Shown here: positions 9,131 through 19,165 of the stretch, piece by piece
Layout of the letters: each line of letters starts with the position of its first letter
How positions within the stretch are numbered: the first letter of the stretch is position 1
Origin: Roseateles sp.
GTDB taxonomy: Bacteria; Pseudomonadota; Gammaproteobacteria; Burkholderiales; Burkholderiaceae_C
NCBI RefSeq assembly: GCF_031397715.1
Contig: NZ_JANNMI010000199.1
Location: forward strand, 1-61,611
Direction: 5' to 3'
DNA: 61,611 nt
Notes under the pieces: generated by a model
Databases searched by the model: none
What the model saw: only the letters and a program-made list of their open reading frames with translations
Told to the model about the DNA's origin: nothing
Translations under genes and position numbers: made by a program

Positions 9131-12100
9131 TCAAAAGGCTGACACTGGGTGCCAGCAACTCGACACGGCAGACGACAAAAGCGTCGCGCTGCTCCAAGGT
9201 CAGGATGGCGCTGCGGCGCGGCAGCAAGGCGCGCACCAAGCCGAGGCCCGACACCCCGCCGGGCACCTGGCTCAGGTTGAAGTCGGGCGGCAGCTGGCCC
9301 GGATTGATGATCTCCACCGCGACACTATCGGCCGCGCAAATCAAGCTGCAGGACACCACGCCGTCTTGGCTGTGCTTGATTGCATTGCTCAGCAACTCGT
9401 TCAAAGTCAATGCCACCGGGATCGATTCCGCCTCGGGCAACGCCCATTGATTGACCCGGTCTGCCGTCACGCCCTCGATATGCGTGGCGACCGTGCGCCC
9501 GGTCATCCTTTGTACCGAGCCAATGATGGCGTCCATCACTCTGCGGATGCGCAGTGGCCCGGAGCCGCCCACTTGCAGGCCGTAGACCTGTGCGATCGCA
9601 TGCACCTGGCCGACCGCCTCGTTGATGACCGCGGCCACTTCCGGCCGGCGCGCGGCGATCTGTTGCAGCAGGCCGGCCACGCCCTGCAAATTATTCTTGA
9701 TCCGGTGATGCACCTCGCGCACCAGCAATTCGCGCTGCGAGATGGCGGCTTGCAGCCGCGCTTCTTCGGCGGCGCGCTGTTCGGTGACGTCGCTGGCGAC
9801 CAGCAAGAGCTGCTCGGGCGCGCCCACTTCGGACGATTCCGACCCCTCGCTGGTGCCGGCCAAGTGCAAGAAGCGCGCATCCCAGACGCGCATTTTTTCG
9901 CCACTGCCCAGCCTGTATTCGTGCTGCGTCACCGCACTCGCGTGCAGCGCGGCCAACATATCGCGGCGAATCAGCTCACCCTGCTCTTGGCCGAACAAAT
10001 CTTCCGGGGTGGCGCCCATCAGCTCCGCCTCGGTGCGCCCGGCCAGTGCAGCCGCCGCTTGGTTGATCTGCTCGACTCGCAGCGTCTTGGCGTCATGCAA
10101 ACTGATGGCCAAGGGTGCTGCTTCGATGATGCGGCTCAAGCTGGCCTGCGCTTGCTGGGTTTGCGCCTCGGCTTGGCGGCGCCGGTCGATGTCCAGCAAG
10201 GCGTAGGTCAGCTGCCGGCCGGTTTCGCGCACGCCGGTCACGACGGCATTGCCGACGACCCAGAACTCGCGCCCGTCGCGGGCCTTCAGTCGACACTCAA
10301 ACGCTTCGGTCTGGCCCTCGGTCAACTCGTCCAGATATTGGCTTTGCCTGAAGGGGTGATCGGAGGCGGGCGTGGCGACGATGCTCATCGGCTGACCGGC
10401 GAACTCGCTCAGATCGCCGCCGAACATGCGCCGCGCCGAGCGGTTCATCCATTCGATGCCGCCGCGCCCGACCGTCACGATGCCCACCAGCACCGAGTCC
10501 AGCACCGCGCGCTCACGTTCGGTCTGCAGCATCAATGATTGCTGGGCACGCCAGCGGTCATCGACATTGACATAGGTGGCGATCAGCCCTTCGTCGGGTG
10601 CGCCCGGGCGCATCACGCGTTTGCTGACCTGTACCCACAGGAAGCTGCCGTCTTGGCGGCGCACGCGCCGCTCGCCGCGCCACAGCCCGTGCGTGCGCAA
10701 GGCGCTGGCTACCGACTCGCTTTGATTGTCAAAGTCCATCGAGTTGTCAAACAACGCTTGAGGGTCCAAGCCGCTCAGCTCGTGAATGCGGTAGCCGGTC
10801 AAGTGGGCCAGCGCCTCGTTGGCGCGGGTGACGCGGCCATTGCGCAAGATCGCAATGCCCACATCGGAGAGGCTGAACATCATTTCACGGTCCTGCACCA
10901 AGGCCTCCAGTTCGGCCTGCTGCGCCTTCAGGCGGCTGATGTCGCTGATGACGGCGATGCTTTCCTTGCTCGCGTTCGGTGCTTCGCTGGCGCCCGGCGG
11001 GGTGACTCGGCGTAGGCTCAAGGACAGCCAGCGGGGTTGCTTTTCCTCGCTGCCGACCTGCAAAAATTCCGCCTCAAAGGTCTGCTGAACTGCCAAGTTA
11101 GGCAGCGCGGCCAGTATCTGGCTTCCTAGCTCGGGCAAGGCCGCAAACAAGCTGCCGACCGACGCACCGGCCGCCTGCGGCTGGCTCAAGCCCAGCATAT
11201 GTTCGAAGCCGCGGTTGCAACGCAGCAACTGGTCGCCGCGCAAATAGGCCAGGCCTAAGCTGGCGCTGTCCATGATGGTGGTCAGCTCGTGCAGCAATTG
11301 CTCGCTGCGGTCCTCGGCCTGCGCTTGCGCCGTCACGTCAAGCGTGACCACCGAAGTGGTGCGCTGGCCCGATTTCAGCTGACCCGGCTCAACCCGGGTC
11401 AGCAGCCAGCGCCGGCCCAGTTCGGGGTGGCGGACCGCATACCTGACCTCGATCCGGTCGCCTTTCTTGAGCGCCTTTTGCAGGCGCTCGAACTCGGGCA
11501 AGGAGGCCGGCTCGACGATGTCGCGGCCGACGCCTTGCAGGCTGGCCAGCGGATTGCGGGCGGCGCCGCCCGGACTGCTTGCGCCGACGGTGCTGCGGGG
11601 CGCGCGCGGGCGCAGCCAGCCGGCGTCTTGTTGGAAGGTGGCCAGGCCGACGCCGGCCGTGTCCATCAATGCATCCAGTTGCTGATGGGCCAGGTCGCGC
11701 TCTTGCTCAAAGGTGCGATCCTCCAGCAAGGCCAGAAAGCGCCGCGGCAGGCCACTGCTTTGACCACCACTTTGCATGCCGCTGAAGGCTTGCAGGCGGC
11801 CGAGCAACCAGAGCGTGCGCCCATTCGGCCCCAGCAGGCTGGCCTGTGTCAGCAGCGAGGCCTCGGGCTCGGTCAGCGCCAGCAAGGCCTCGGTCAAGGC
11901 GCCGCTGTGCCAGCCCAGCAGTTGCTGAATGGCCGGGTCGGCTTCATGCAAGGTGCTCGGCAACTGCAGGCACAGGGCCGCAAAGGCCGCGTTGTTCTTC
12001 AGCAGCAAGCCTTGGGTGTCAAACAAGACCATCGGCAGCGGGCAGAGCTTGAACCACTGCGTCAGCTCGGCATGCTCGCGCGCGCTCACTTCCAAGCTGC

Positions 12101-12536
12101 ATTCTTGCTGCAGCGCCTCGGCTGACGACTCCGCGGCCGGCGCCTTGTTGCGGAGCTTGTCGTCGGGGCGTGCATGCAGCAGCCAGCGAGCGAGATCGCC
12201 GCCGTCCTTGGGGGTCAGGGCGAGCAAGCTGAGCCCGGCACGCTGGCCGCCGCCGAGCTTGATGCTGGGCGCGGGCGGGCCGCGCCGGCCTTCGCTGATG
12301 GCCCGGCTGGCCAGCCGCAGCCAGTCACCCAAACGCCCGCCATGACTGGTTTGCAGGCCATGCAGGCCCTTGGCTATGCTGGGCTGTGGCGCCTGTTCCA
12401 GCAGCGCCAAGGCGCTTGGATTCGCCTCCAAGAGCTCCAGTGACTCCCCGAGCAACATCAGTGGGTCGCTGATCAAAGCGAACAGGCCGCGCAGGGCGGC
12501 CGAGTCTTGGGGCAGGAGGGAGAGCTGTTCTGACAT
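9120..12536 (-). CDS. Cytoplasmic multi-PAS histidine kinase, HisKA_2 (PdtaS/EutW-like) class
   Basis: EVHHRIKNNLQ H-box, LNELLSNAIKH N-box, GLGL G-box; several PAS/PAC repeats ending in D(V/I) motifs; no TM helix. Confidence 0.88.
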   Translation of the reverse strand: MSEQLSLLPQDSAALRGLFALISDPLMLLGESLELLEANPSALALLEQAPQPSIAKGLHGLQTSHGGRLGDWLRLASRAISEGRRGPPAPSIKLGGGQRAGLSLLALTPKDGGDLARWLLHARPDDKLRNKAPAAESSAEALQQECSLEVSAREHAELTQWFKLCPLPMVLFDTQGLLLKNNAAFAALCLQLPSTLHEADPAIQQLLGWHSGALTEALLALTEPEASLLTQASLLGPNGRTLWLLGRLQAFSGMQSGGQSSGLPRRFLALLEDRTFEQERDLAHQQLDALMDTAGVGLATFQQDAGWLRPRAPRSTVGASSPGGAARNPLASLQGVGRDIVEPASLPEFERLQKALKKGDRIEVRYAVRHPELGRRWLLTRVEPGQLKSGQRTTSVVTLDVTAQAQAEDRSEQLLHELTTIMDSASLGLAYLRGDQLLRCNRGFEHMLGLSQPQAAGASVGSLFAALPELGSQILAALPNLAVQQTFEAEFLQVGSEEKQPRWLSLSLRRVTPPGASEAPNASKESIAVISDISRLKAQQAELEALVQDREMMFSLSDVGIAILRNGRVTRANEALAHLTGYRIHELSGLDPQALFDNSMDFDNQSESVASALRTHGLWRGERRVRRQDGSFLWVQVSKRVMRPGAPDEGLIATYVNVDDRWRAQQSLMLQTERERAVLDSVLVGIVTVGRGGIEWMNRSARRMFGGDLSEFAGQPMSIVATPASDHPFRQSQYLDELTEGQTEAFECRLKARDGREFWVVGNAVVTGVRETGRQLTYALLDIDRRRQAEAQTQQAQASLSRIIEAAPLAISLHDAKTLRVEQINQAAAALAGRTEAELMGATPEDLFGQEQGELIRRDMLAALHASAVTQHEYRLGSGEKMRVWDARFLHLAGTSEGSESSEVGAPEQLLLVASDVTEQRAAEEARLQAAISQRELLVREVHHRIKNNLQGVAGLLQQIAARRPEVAAVINEAVGQVHAIAQVYGLQVGGSGPLRIRRVMDAIIGSVQRMTGRTVATHIEGVTADRVNQWALPEAESIPVALTLNELLSNAIKHSQDGVVSCSLICAADSVAVEIINPGQLPPDFNLSQVPGGVSGLGLVRALLPRRSAILTLEQRDAFVVCRVELLAPSVSLLSEP

Positions 12537-12574
12537 TGGGCTTGAGTTTACGGGCCAGCCGAGGCTGGGCGTAC

Positions 12575-13768
12575 TCACTCCAATTGCGCGGCCTTGCTCA
12601 AGGCGCGCAGTACACACATATTGACTTCCTCCGCACCCAACATCAGCTGCTCGGTCGCACTGCGAAAGTCGTACAGCGAAGCGTCTTCAACCGCCCGCAC
12701 CAACTCCAAATAGGGCTGCAAGGGACCCGCCTCGTCGACCAAGGCTTGGCGCACCCGTTCCGGCATCGGTATCGACTGCAAGAGCTTGCTGAACGGTTGT
12801 TTCAGCATATGGTCCAGCAAGGAGAACAGGCCGCAGATGAACATCTCGTCGCGCAACTCCGCGTCGCCGCTGTCGCGGGCCAGCTCTTCCATCAGCAGGC
12901 CGCGGCGCAGCGCTGCGAACATGATGGGGCGCATCGCGTGGTCTTTGCTCGCCGTCGTCAGCAGCAGGGCCAGCCAGCGCTTCATGCGGGCATAACCCAA
13001 CAACATGATGGCGTGGCGGAACGAGGCCACCTCGACCGGCAAGCCAAACGCGGCCGAATTCAGATAGCGCAGCAGTTTGAAAGCCAGGCTGGGGTCGCGC
13101 TTGAGGGTTTGCTCCAGGCGCTCGACGTCTTCGCCCTGGTCGATGCGTGACATCAACTCGACGATGACCTGCAAATCGGCCTGATTTTCTGCCTTCGCCG
13201 GAGCCGCCGCTGCTGCTTCAAAAGCGCCTTGCATGGGCCAGCCAATCACGCCGCTGACGCCGCGCGCAAAGCTGGCGTCGATGGCAGCCGCGCTGCGCAG
13301 GCCGGACTGCAGCTTGGGCAGGCCGGGGTCGGTGTGGTTGGCGGTGCTGGCGCGGCTCTCGTCGTCCAGGTCCAGCACCACATACTTGAAGCAGGGCTTG
13401 ATTTCGGCCGGCAAGGCCTGGCTGGGCAGGCCCTTCAGCAGCAAAGGCGTGGCACGTTTTTTGAGCGCCAGCAGCAGCTCGGAATGGGCGCTGTCGGTCG
13501 CCATAAAGGCCGGCACTTCAATCATCAAGTTGGCCGAGGGCTCGGTGCGCAGCAAGCTCTCCAGCAGGTCCTCGCTCAAGACATTGAGGATCACCTGAGC
13601 CCCGCCGGCGGGCCACACTTCGGCCACGGCGGCCAGCAATTCGGTGGCATCCAGCTTGGCGTCGGGGCGCAGCGGCATCACCGTCAGACGCGTGGCCGTG
13701 ACCATGCGCTGGCGGTCGATCAAGGGGGTATAGCCCAGCGCAACAGCGCCCAGAATTTGATGGTTCAT
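12575..13768 (-). CDS. Degenerate EAL + HDOD domain protein (YuxH/PdeH-like architecture)
   Basis: HDOD core LKRDPSLAFKLLRYLNSAAFG...AIMLLG...FICGLFSLLD; N-terminal EAL-like fold lacks ExL and DDFG motifs. Confidence 0.8.
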   Translation of the reverse strand: MNHQILGAVALGYTPLIDRQRMVTATRLTVMPLRPDAKLDATELLAAVAEVWPAGGAQVILNVLSEDLLESLLRTEPSANLMIEVPAFMATDSAHSELLLALKKRATPLLLKGLPSQALPAEIKPCFKYVVLDLDDESRASTANHTDPGLPKLQSGLRSAAAIDASFARGVSGVIGWPMQGAFEAAAAAPAKAENQADLQVIVELMSRIDQGEDVERLEQTLKRDPSLAFKLLRYLNSAAFGLPVEVASFRHAIMLLGYARMKRWLALLLTTASKDHAMRPIMFAALRRGLLMEELARDSGDAELRDEMFICGLFSLLDHMLKQPFSKLLQSIPMPERVRQALVDEAGPLQPYLELVRAVEDASLYDFRSATEQLMLGAEEVNMCVLRALSKAAQLE

Positions 13769-13777
13769 GGAGTCAGG

Positions 13778-15004
13778 TCAGGTGTTGATGTACTGGAACA
13801 GCGACATGCGCTGCACCATCGCGTAGGTCTTCAAAGCGGTGTCGTAACCGGTTTGCTGGTTTTGAAAATCGGAAATTCCCTGCACCATGTCCAGGTCCTC
13901 GGCGGCCGAGCGTTCGGCTTGGTTGTACTGCTTCAAGGCGGCCATGCGGCCTTCGGTGCCGTCCAGATTATTCAGCCGCTCACCCAGCTGGCTGCGGACA
14001 TTTTGCAGATTGACCATCACCGCATCAATGTCACGCACCCGGCTGGAATTCGACTGGGTGATTTCGGGGCCTTTTCGGTCCGTGCTTTTGAGTTGAAGCA
14101 CGGTTTGGTCGAGCACATCAAAGAGCTTGAGCGAATTGGTCGAAGGTGCGATGTCGTACTGGTCGCCATCGGCTCCCGGCCCCGATATCGTGACCGCCAT
14201 ACCTTCAAAGGTGATCGCCTTGCCGGCGACGTAAGCACCGGATTGAACCGACGCGCCGGTCTGTGTATCCAAAATGTCGTAGCTGGTGCCAGGGCTGCCG
14301 GTGATGTTGATCTGGTAGCCGTGGCCGGTGAGCAGCGCCGGATCGGTGACGCGACCCGCGTCGATCCACCCGGTGTTCGGGATGGGCTTGCCACTGACGT
14401 CCGGGCTGAATCGGTTGTCCAGCGCCTGGGTGATAAAGGTGCCATTGCCGCTGCGCGCTTGCTCAAAGGCCATGCGCCCGTCAACGGTCAACGGAAAGCT
14501 GTCGATATTGCCGGTTTGGATGCTGCCTGAAACGCCGTTGAAGCGCACGCCGCCGGCTTGGTCAAGAAACGGTGGGTCGCTGGAGCCTTGCCCAGAGAAC
14601 AGAAAGCCGCCGGCACCGTCGCCGCGATTGGCAATCGCCAGCAACTGATCCCGCAAGCCAGCGATCTTGTTGCCCAGGCCTGCCCGTTCGGACGCGCTGT
14701 AACTGGCGTTGCCGGCGGACACCATGGTTTCGCGTATTTGTTGAAGCAACTCATTGGCGTCGCCCAAAGCAGCCTCGCCCAGCGTGGTGCTGTTGCGGCT
14801 GGCTTCCAGCGCACGTTGATTGGCATCCACCCGGCTGATGGTCGCCATTGCTCGCTCGGCGCGTGCCGCGCCGGTGGGATCGTCGCTGGCGTTGGCAATC
14901 TTCTTGCCCGAGGTCAGCTGAGTCTGCGCGTTCTGCATGTCTTGCTGCCGACGTTGCAAGGTGGCGATGCTGGCATCAAAAATATTGGCGGTGGACAAGC
15001 GCAT
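13778..15004 (-). CDS. flgL: Flagellar hook-associated protein 3 FlgL
   Basis: QLTSGKKIANASDDP N-terminus, SLFQYI C-terminus, position after flgK. Confidence 0.93.
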   Translation of the reverse strand: MRLSTANIFDASIATLQRRQQDMQNAQTQLTSGKKIANASDDPTGAARAERAMATISRVDANQRALEASRNSTTLGEAALGDANELLQQIRETMVSAGNASYSASERAGLGNKIAGLRDQLLAIANRGDGAGGFLFSGQGSSDPPFLDQAGGVRFNGVSGSIQTGNIDSFPLTVDGRMAFEQARSGNGTFITQALDNRFSPDVSGKPIPNTGWIDAGRVTDPALLTGHGYQINITGSPGTSYDILDTQTGASVQSGAYVAGKAITFEGMAVTISGPGADGDQYDIAPSTNSLKLFDVLDQTVLQLKSTDRKGPEITQSNSSRVRDIDAVMVNLQNVRSQLGERLNNLDGTEGRMAALKQYNQAERSAAEDLDMVQGISDFQNQQTGYDTALKTYAMVQRMSLFQYINT

Positions 15005-15031
15005 GATCAATAACTCCTTGAATGACCTGAT

Positions 15032-17077
15032 TCAGCGGGCTGCGATTCGCATCAGCTCATCAAAAATGGACTGGGCCGCCTGCAGCACCTTGGCGGCCGC
15101 TTGATAGCCCTGTTGGTACTGCATCAGGCGCGACGCTTCTTCGTCGATATTGACGCCGGCCTGGCCGGCCCGACTGGCTTCGGCATCGGCCGCCACGCTG
15201 ACCGAGACGCCGGACAAATAAGTGGCACCCTGCACACGCGAACCAATCTCGCTCATCGAGGACGCATAGGCCTCATTGACCGTCGATCCCACCGCCAAGC
15301 TGCCGTCGGGTTGCAGGCGCTGCCCGATGAACTTCTCGGTCTGGATATTGAGGAAGGCCTTGGCGTTGCCGTTGTTGGTCGCCGTGTACTTGGTGACTTC
15401 GATCGAAACCATGTCGTTTTCGCGCGGCACGCCGTTCAGGGTCAATTCAAAACCGAGGTCAATGGCTGGCGTTGCGTTGGGCTGGTTGCCGATGCGTTGC
15501 CCGGCCGACCAGGTGCCGTTCAGCACCGAGCCATCGGCCAGCGTCAGCGCATAGGGTACGGAGCCGTCCTCCTTCAATGTGCCGTCGGGCTGCATGACCT
15601 TGCTGGGCGCGCCAAAGCTGATTGTCATCGGCGCCCCCGTCACTTCCACCTTGGAGCCGTCCGAGACCACCTTCAGCTGGTCGTTGACGGCGTACAACGA
15701 GTTGACGGTGATGGTTCCCGTGTTGTCAATATGGGTGGTGGCGCTGAGCGGCGAAGCGGCCGCAATGCCCGAGGTTTGATCCAGCACGCGGCGCATTTCG
15801 AGGGCTGCTTGTCCCACCGGCTCCAGCACGAAGGTATCACTGGCGCCCAGCGGAGCCCCGTTGAACTTGAATTCAAAGCCGTCAACGGTTTCCCCTTCGG
15901 CCACGCTTCGTGCGAGGTTGTCGCTCAAGCGGGTCAGCAAGTACTTGCCGGCACCCCCGTTGGGATCGGCCTGCAGTTTGTAGGCACTGGCCTGCAGCTG
16001 ATTGGCATTGCTGATGGTCACTGCCGCGTCGGTCAGAAACTTGCCGCCGGCCTTGCCATTGGTGCTGGCCGGCAAGGCGCGCGGCGCACCGACAGCGAAC
16101 AGATCCGCACCTTGCCCGGCCGGGTCTGACAGATCCAGGCCTAGTTTTTGCTGGCTGTTGACCCGGTAGGAGATGGCCGCAGACATTTGCCCCAACATAT
16201 TGCGCGCATCTTGCAAATCCTTGTTCTGAAATCTCAGCAAGGCGGTCAATGATCCACCGGTCAGCACACTTTCATCCAACTGGCGGCTGTTGCCGGGCGT
16301 GCCAATGCTCAAGGCACCGCGTTTGTTGTCGTAGGAGTCAGGAGTGACCGACAAGGACTCTGCCTTGGCGCCCAGCACCAGACTCTGGCCGCCGCCGATA
16401 AAGACCCCGACCGAACCGTCAGAGGCAGTCAGGGTGGAGACCTGGACATACTCGCTCAAGTTGGAGATCAGCCGGTCGCGTTTGTCGAGCAAGTCATTGG
16501 GCATGTGGCCGGTGCCGACCGCCCCCGAAATTTCTCGATTGGCAAACGCAATTTGTTGCGCCAACTGGTTCACCACATCGACGTTGGTGCGCATATCGCT
16601 GATGACGCCGGCCTGCATTTCGCCCAGTTGCTGGCCGGCACTGGCGAAGCGCGAAGCCAACTCGGTGGCGCGGCCCATCACGACCTGCCGTGCCGACGGA
16701 TCCGAAGGGCGGCTGGTGACATCGACCATGGCACTGAGAAACTGCCCGGCGGCGGCGCCCAGGCCGGTCTCCCCGGGCGGGAAGACCTTTTCCAGCTGCG
16801 ACATTTTGTCCATGCTGGTGGAGTCCATATGGGCCGTCGCCTTGGAGTTCACGGCCCGGCTGGTCAGAAACTCGTTGTGAGCGCGTTCCACCGTTTGTAC
16901 GTTGACGCCGCGGCCGAAGAAGCCGCCGCCGGTGAACTGACCGTTTGGCGTCGTCAAGATGACGGACTGGCGTGAATAGCCCGCTGTATTGGCATTCGCA
17001 ATGTTTTGCCCGACCGCCTGGATCGCGGCCTGGTTGGCCATCATGGCCTGGATGCCAATCGACAGTAAAGATCCCAT
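15032..17077 (-). CDS. flgK: Flagellar hook-associated protein 1 FlgK
   Basis: GQNIANANTAGYSRQ; GVNIDEEASRLMQYQQGYQAAAKV. Confidence 0.95.
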   Translation of the reverse strand: MGSLLSIGIQAMMANQAAIQAVGQNIANANTAGYSRQSVILTTPNGQFTGGGFFGRGVNVQTVERAHNEFLTSRAVNSKATAHMDSTSMDKMSQLEKVFPPGETGLGAAAGQFLSAMVDVTSRPSDPSARQVVMGRATELASRFASAGQQLGEMQAGVISDMRTNVDVVNQLAQQIAFANREISGAVGTGHMPNDLLDKRDRLISNLSEYVQVSTLTASDGSVGVFIGGGQSLVLGAKAESLSVTPDSYDNKRGALSIGTPGNSRQLDESVLTGGSLTALLRFQNKDLQDARNMLGQMSAAISYRVNSQQKLGLDLSDPAGQGADLFAVGAPRALPASTNGKAGGKFLTDAAVTISNANQLQASAYKLQADPNGGAGKYLLTRLSDNLARSVAEGETVDGFEFKFNGAPLGASDTFVLEPVGQAALEMRRVLDQTSGIAAASPLSATTHIDNTGTITVNSLYAVNDQLKVVSDGSKVEVTGAPMTISFGAPSKVMQPDGTLKEDGSVPYALTLADGSVLNGTWSAGQRIGNQPNATPAIDLGFELTLNGVPRENDMVSIEVTKYTATNNGNAKAFLNIQTEKFIGQRLQPDGSLAVGSTVNEAYASSMSEIGSRVQGATYLSGVSVSVAADAEASRAGQAGVNIDEEASRLMQYQQGYQAAAKVLQAAQSIFDELMRIAAR

Positions 17078-17102
17078 GCTCTGCGCTCCCTACCTCAGCC
17101 CG

Positions 17103-17966
17103 TCAGGCCAGGGCACGCTGTACGCGCACCGTGGTGTTGATGACGCGAGCCAGCTTGGCGGCGTACTCGGGGTCGGTGGCGTAGCCGGCTTTTTGCAGGC
17201 CGCGGGCGAAGCCCTCGGCGCTGCCGCTCTGGGCTTGGGCCATCACCTTGCTGTAGCGCTCGTTGCTGCCGATCAGCTTGGCGTAGTCCTTGAAGCCTTC
17301 TTCATAGCTGGCGTAGGCACGGAACTTGGCCATGACTTTTTGCGGCTTGCCGTCAATGAACTCGGTGGTCTGCACCTCGGCCACGCGGCCGGTCCAGCTG
17401 GACGTGGCCTTGATGCCGAAGACGTTGAAGGACGGTGTGCCGCCGGCGCCGGTGATTTCTCGTTTGCCCCAGCCCGACTCATGCGCGGCTTGCGCCAGCA
17501 TGAAGCTGGCCGGGATGCCGGTTTGCGCCTCGGCTGCCTTGGCCGCACCGTCGTGCTTTTGAATGAAGCTCTGCACATGCGGCGCGATGCCTTTTTGGGC
17601 CATCGCCGGCAAGGGCTGCAGGGTTTTGTCGCCGGGCTTTTCACCGTCTTTCCCACTGATGCCCAGCTGGCGTTGCAAATGGCGCTCGATCGCGCCCGAC
17701 AAGCCGCCGGGCAGGCCGGTCATCTTGCCGGCGAATTGGGTGTCCAGCATTTCGGTGCCGAGCTTGGTGGCCGAGTTCTCCATCATCTCGGAGGACATGG
17801 TGGCGGCGCGCATGCTTTTCATCACCTCTTGCATGAAGAGGGACTCGAACTGCTTGGCGGTTTCGCGGATGCTGGACTTGGGGTCGCGCACCGCCGAGCC
17901 GCGCAGGGATTCGATCGAGCGGAAATCGGTGCCACCCGAGTTCAGGGTGTTGAGAGACACGGCCAT
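17103..17966 (-). CDS. flgJ: Flagellar rod assembly protein / peptidoglycan hydrolase FlgJ
   Basis: AKQFESLFMQEVMKSMR rod-binding domain; LAQAAHESGWG, NVFGIKA, GYATDPEYA glucosaminidase motifs. Confidence 0.95.
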   Translation of the reverse strand: MAVSLNTLNSGGTDFRSIESLRGSAVRDPKSSIRETAKQFESLFMQEVMKSMRAATMSSEMMENSATKLGTEMLDTQFAGKMTGLPGGLSGAIERHLQRQLGISGKDGEKPGDKTLQPLPAMAQKGIAPHVQSFIQKHDGAAKAAEAQTGIPASFMLAQAAHESGWGKREITGAGGTPSFNVFGIKATSSWTGRVAEVQTTEFIDGKPQKVMAKFRAYASYEEGFKDYAKLIGSNERYSKVMAQAQSGSAEGFARGLQKAGYATDPEYAAKLARVINTTVRVQRALA

Positions 17967-17967
17967 T

Positions 17968-19122
17968 TCAAATTACCTCCAGCTCGGCGTTCAAAGCGCC
18001 CGAACTCTTCATCGCTTGCAGGATGGCCAGCAGGTCTTGCGGTGTGGCGCCCAAGGAATTGAGCGCCTTCACCACATCGGCCAACTTGGCGCCGGCCGGC
18101 AGTTGGATCAAGTTGCCGGGTTCTTGTTTGATGGCGATGTCGGTCTTCTCGCTGACCACGGTTTGGCCGCCGGACAAGGCATTGGGCTGGCTGATCACCG
18201 GCGTTGAGCTGATCGTCACCGACAAGCTGCCATGCGCCACCGCGCAGGCCGCCAAGGTCACCGCCTGGTTGATCACCACCGAGCCGGTGCGCGCATTGAT
18301 GATGATGCGGGCGGCCGGTTCGGACAGCTCCAGCGTCAGGTTTTCCATATCGGCCATGAAGTTGACGCGCTCGTCGGCGTCCATTGGGGCGCGCACGCGC
18401 ACCACTCGGCCGTCCACCGCCTGAGCCACGCCGGCCCCCTTGGCCTTGTTGATGGCACGCGCCACGGCGCGGGCGGTGGTGAAGTCAATCGAATTCAAAT
18501 CGAGCTGGATGAAGTCACTGATTTGCAGCGGCGTGGCGACACTGCGCTCGACCAAGGCCCCCGACGGGATGCGGCCGGCGCTGAGGTGATTGACCTGCAC
18601 CTTGGAGCCGCCCGCCGCGGCGCCGGCGCCGGCGATGATCAAATTGCCCTGGGCCATCGCATAGACCTGACCATCGGCGCCGCGCAGGGGTGTCGAGATC
18701 AAGGTGCCGCCGCGCAAGCTTTTGGAGTTGCCGATCGAGGCGACGGTGATGTCGATTTGTTGGCCCGGCTGTGCGAAGGCCGGCAGCTGCGCCGTCACCA
18801 TCACGGCGGCCACGTTCTTGGGCTGAATCGTCACGCCGGGCGGCAAGGTCACGCCGAACTGTTGCAGCATGGCCGCCAGGCTTTGGCCGGTGTACGGCGC
18901 CTGAGTGGTTTGGTCGCCGGTGCCGTCCAGGCCCACCACCAGCCCGTAGCCGGTCAGGGCATTGTTGCGCACCCCCTGGACGGAGGCGACCTCCTTGATG
19001 CGGGCCGCCTCGGCCGCATTGGGCCACCCGAGCAGGGCGCTGAGCAGGGCGCCGAGCAACAGCAGGGCCGAAAAGAGCGGGCCGTTGGCGCTGAAAATGG
19101 TGGTTTTTGAGGAGGTTTGCAT
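17968..19122 (-). CDS. flgI: Flagellar P-ring protein FlgI
   Basis: Signal peptide then RIKE...GYGLVVGLDGTGD; GALNAELEVI C-terminus. Confidence 0.96.
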   Translation of the reverse strand: MQTSSKTTIFSANGPLFSALLLLGALLSALLGWPNAAEAARIKEVASVQGVRNNALTGYGLVVGLDGTGDQTTQAPYTGQSLAAMLQQFGVTLPPGVTIQPKNVAAVMVTAQLPAFAQPGQQIDITVASIGNSKSLRGGTLISTPLRGADGQVYAMAQGNLIIAGAGAAAGGSKVQVNHLSAGRIPSGALVERSVATPLQISDFIQLDLNSIDFTTARAVARAINKAKGAGVAQAVDGRVVRVRAPMDADERVNFMADMENLTLELSEPAARIIINARTGSVVINQAVTLAACAVAHGSLSVTISSTPVISQPNALSGGQTVVSEKTDIAIKQEPGNLIQLPAGAKLADVVKALNSLGATPQDLLAILQAMKSSGALNAELEVI

Positions 19123-19165
19123 GATGGTCGTGAAGGGGGACTTCTACGACCGATTTTGCGCAAAC

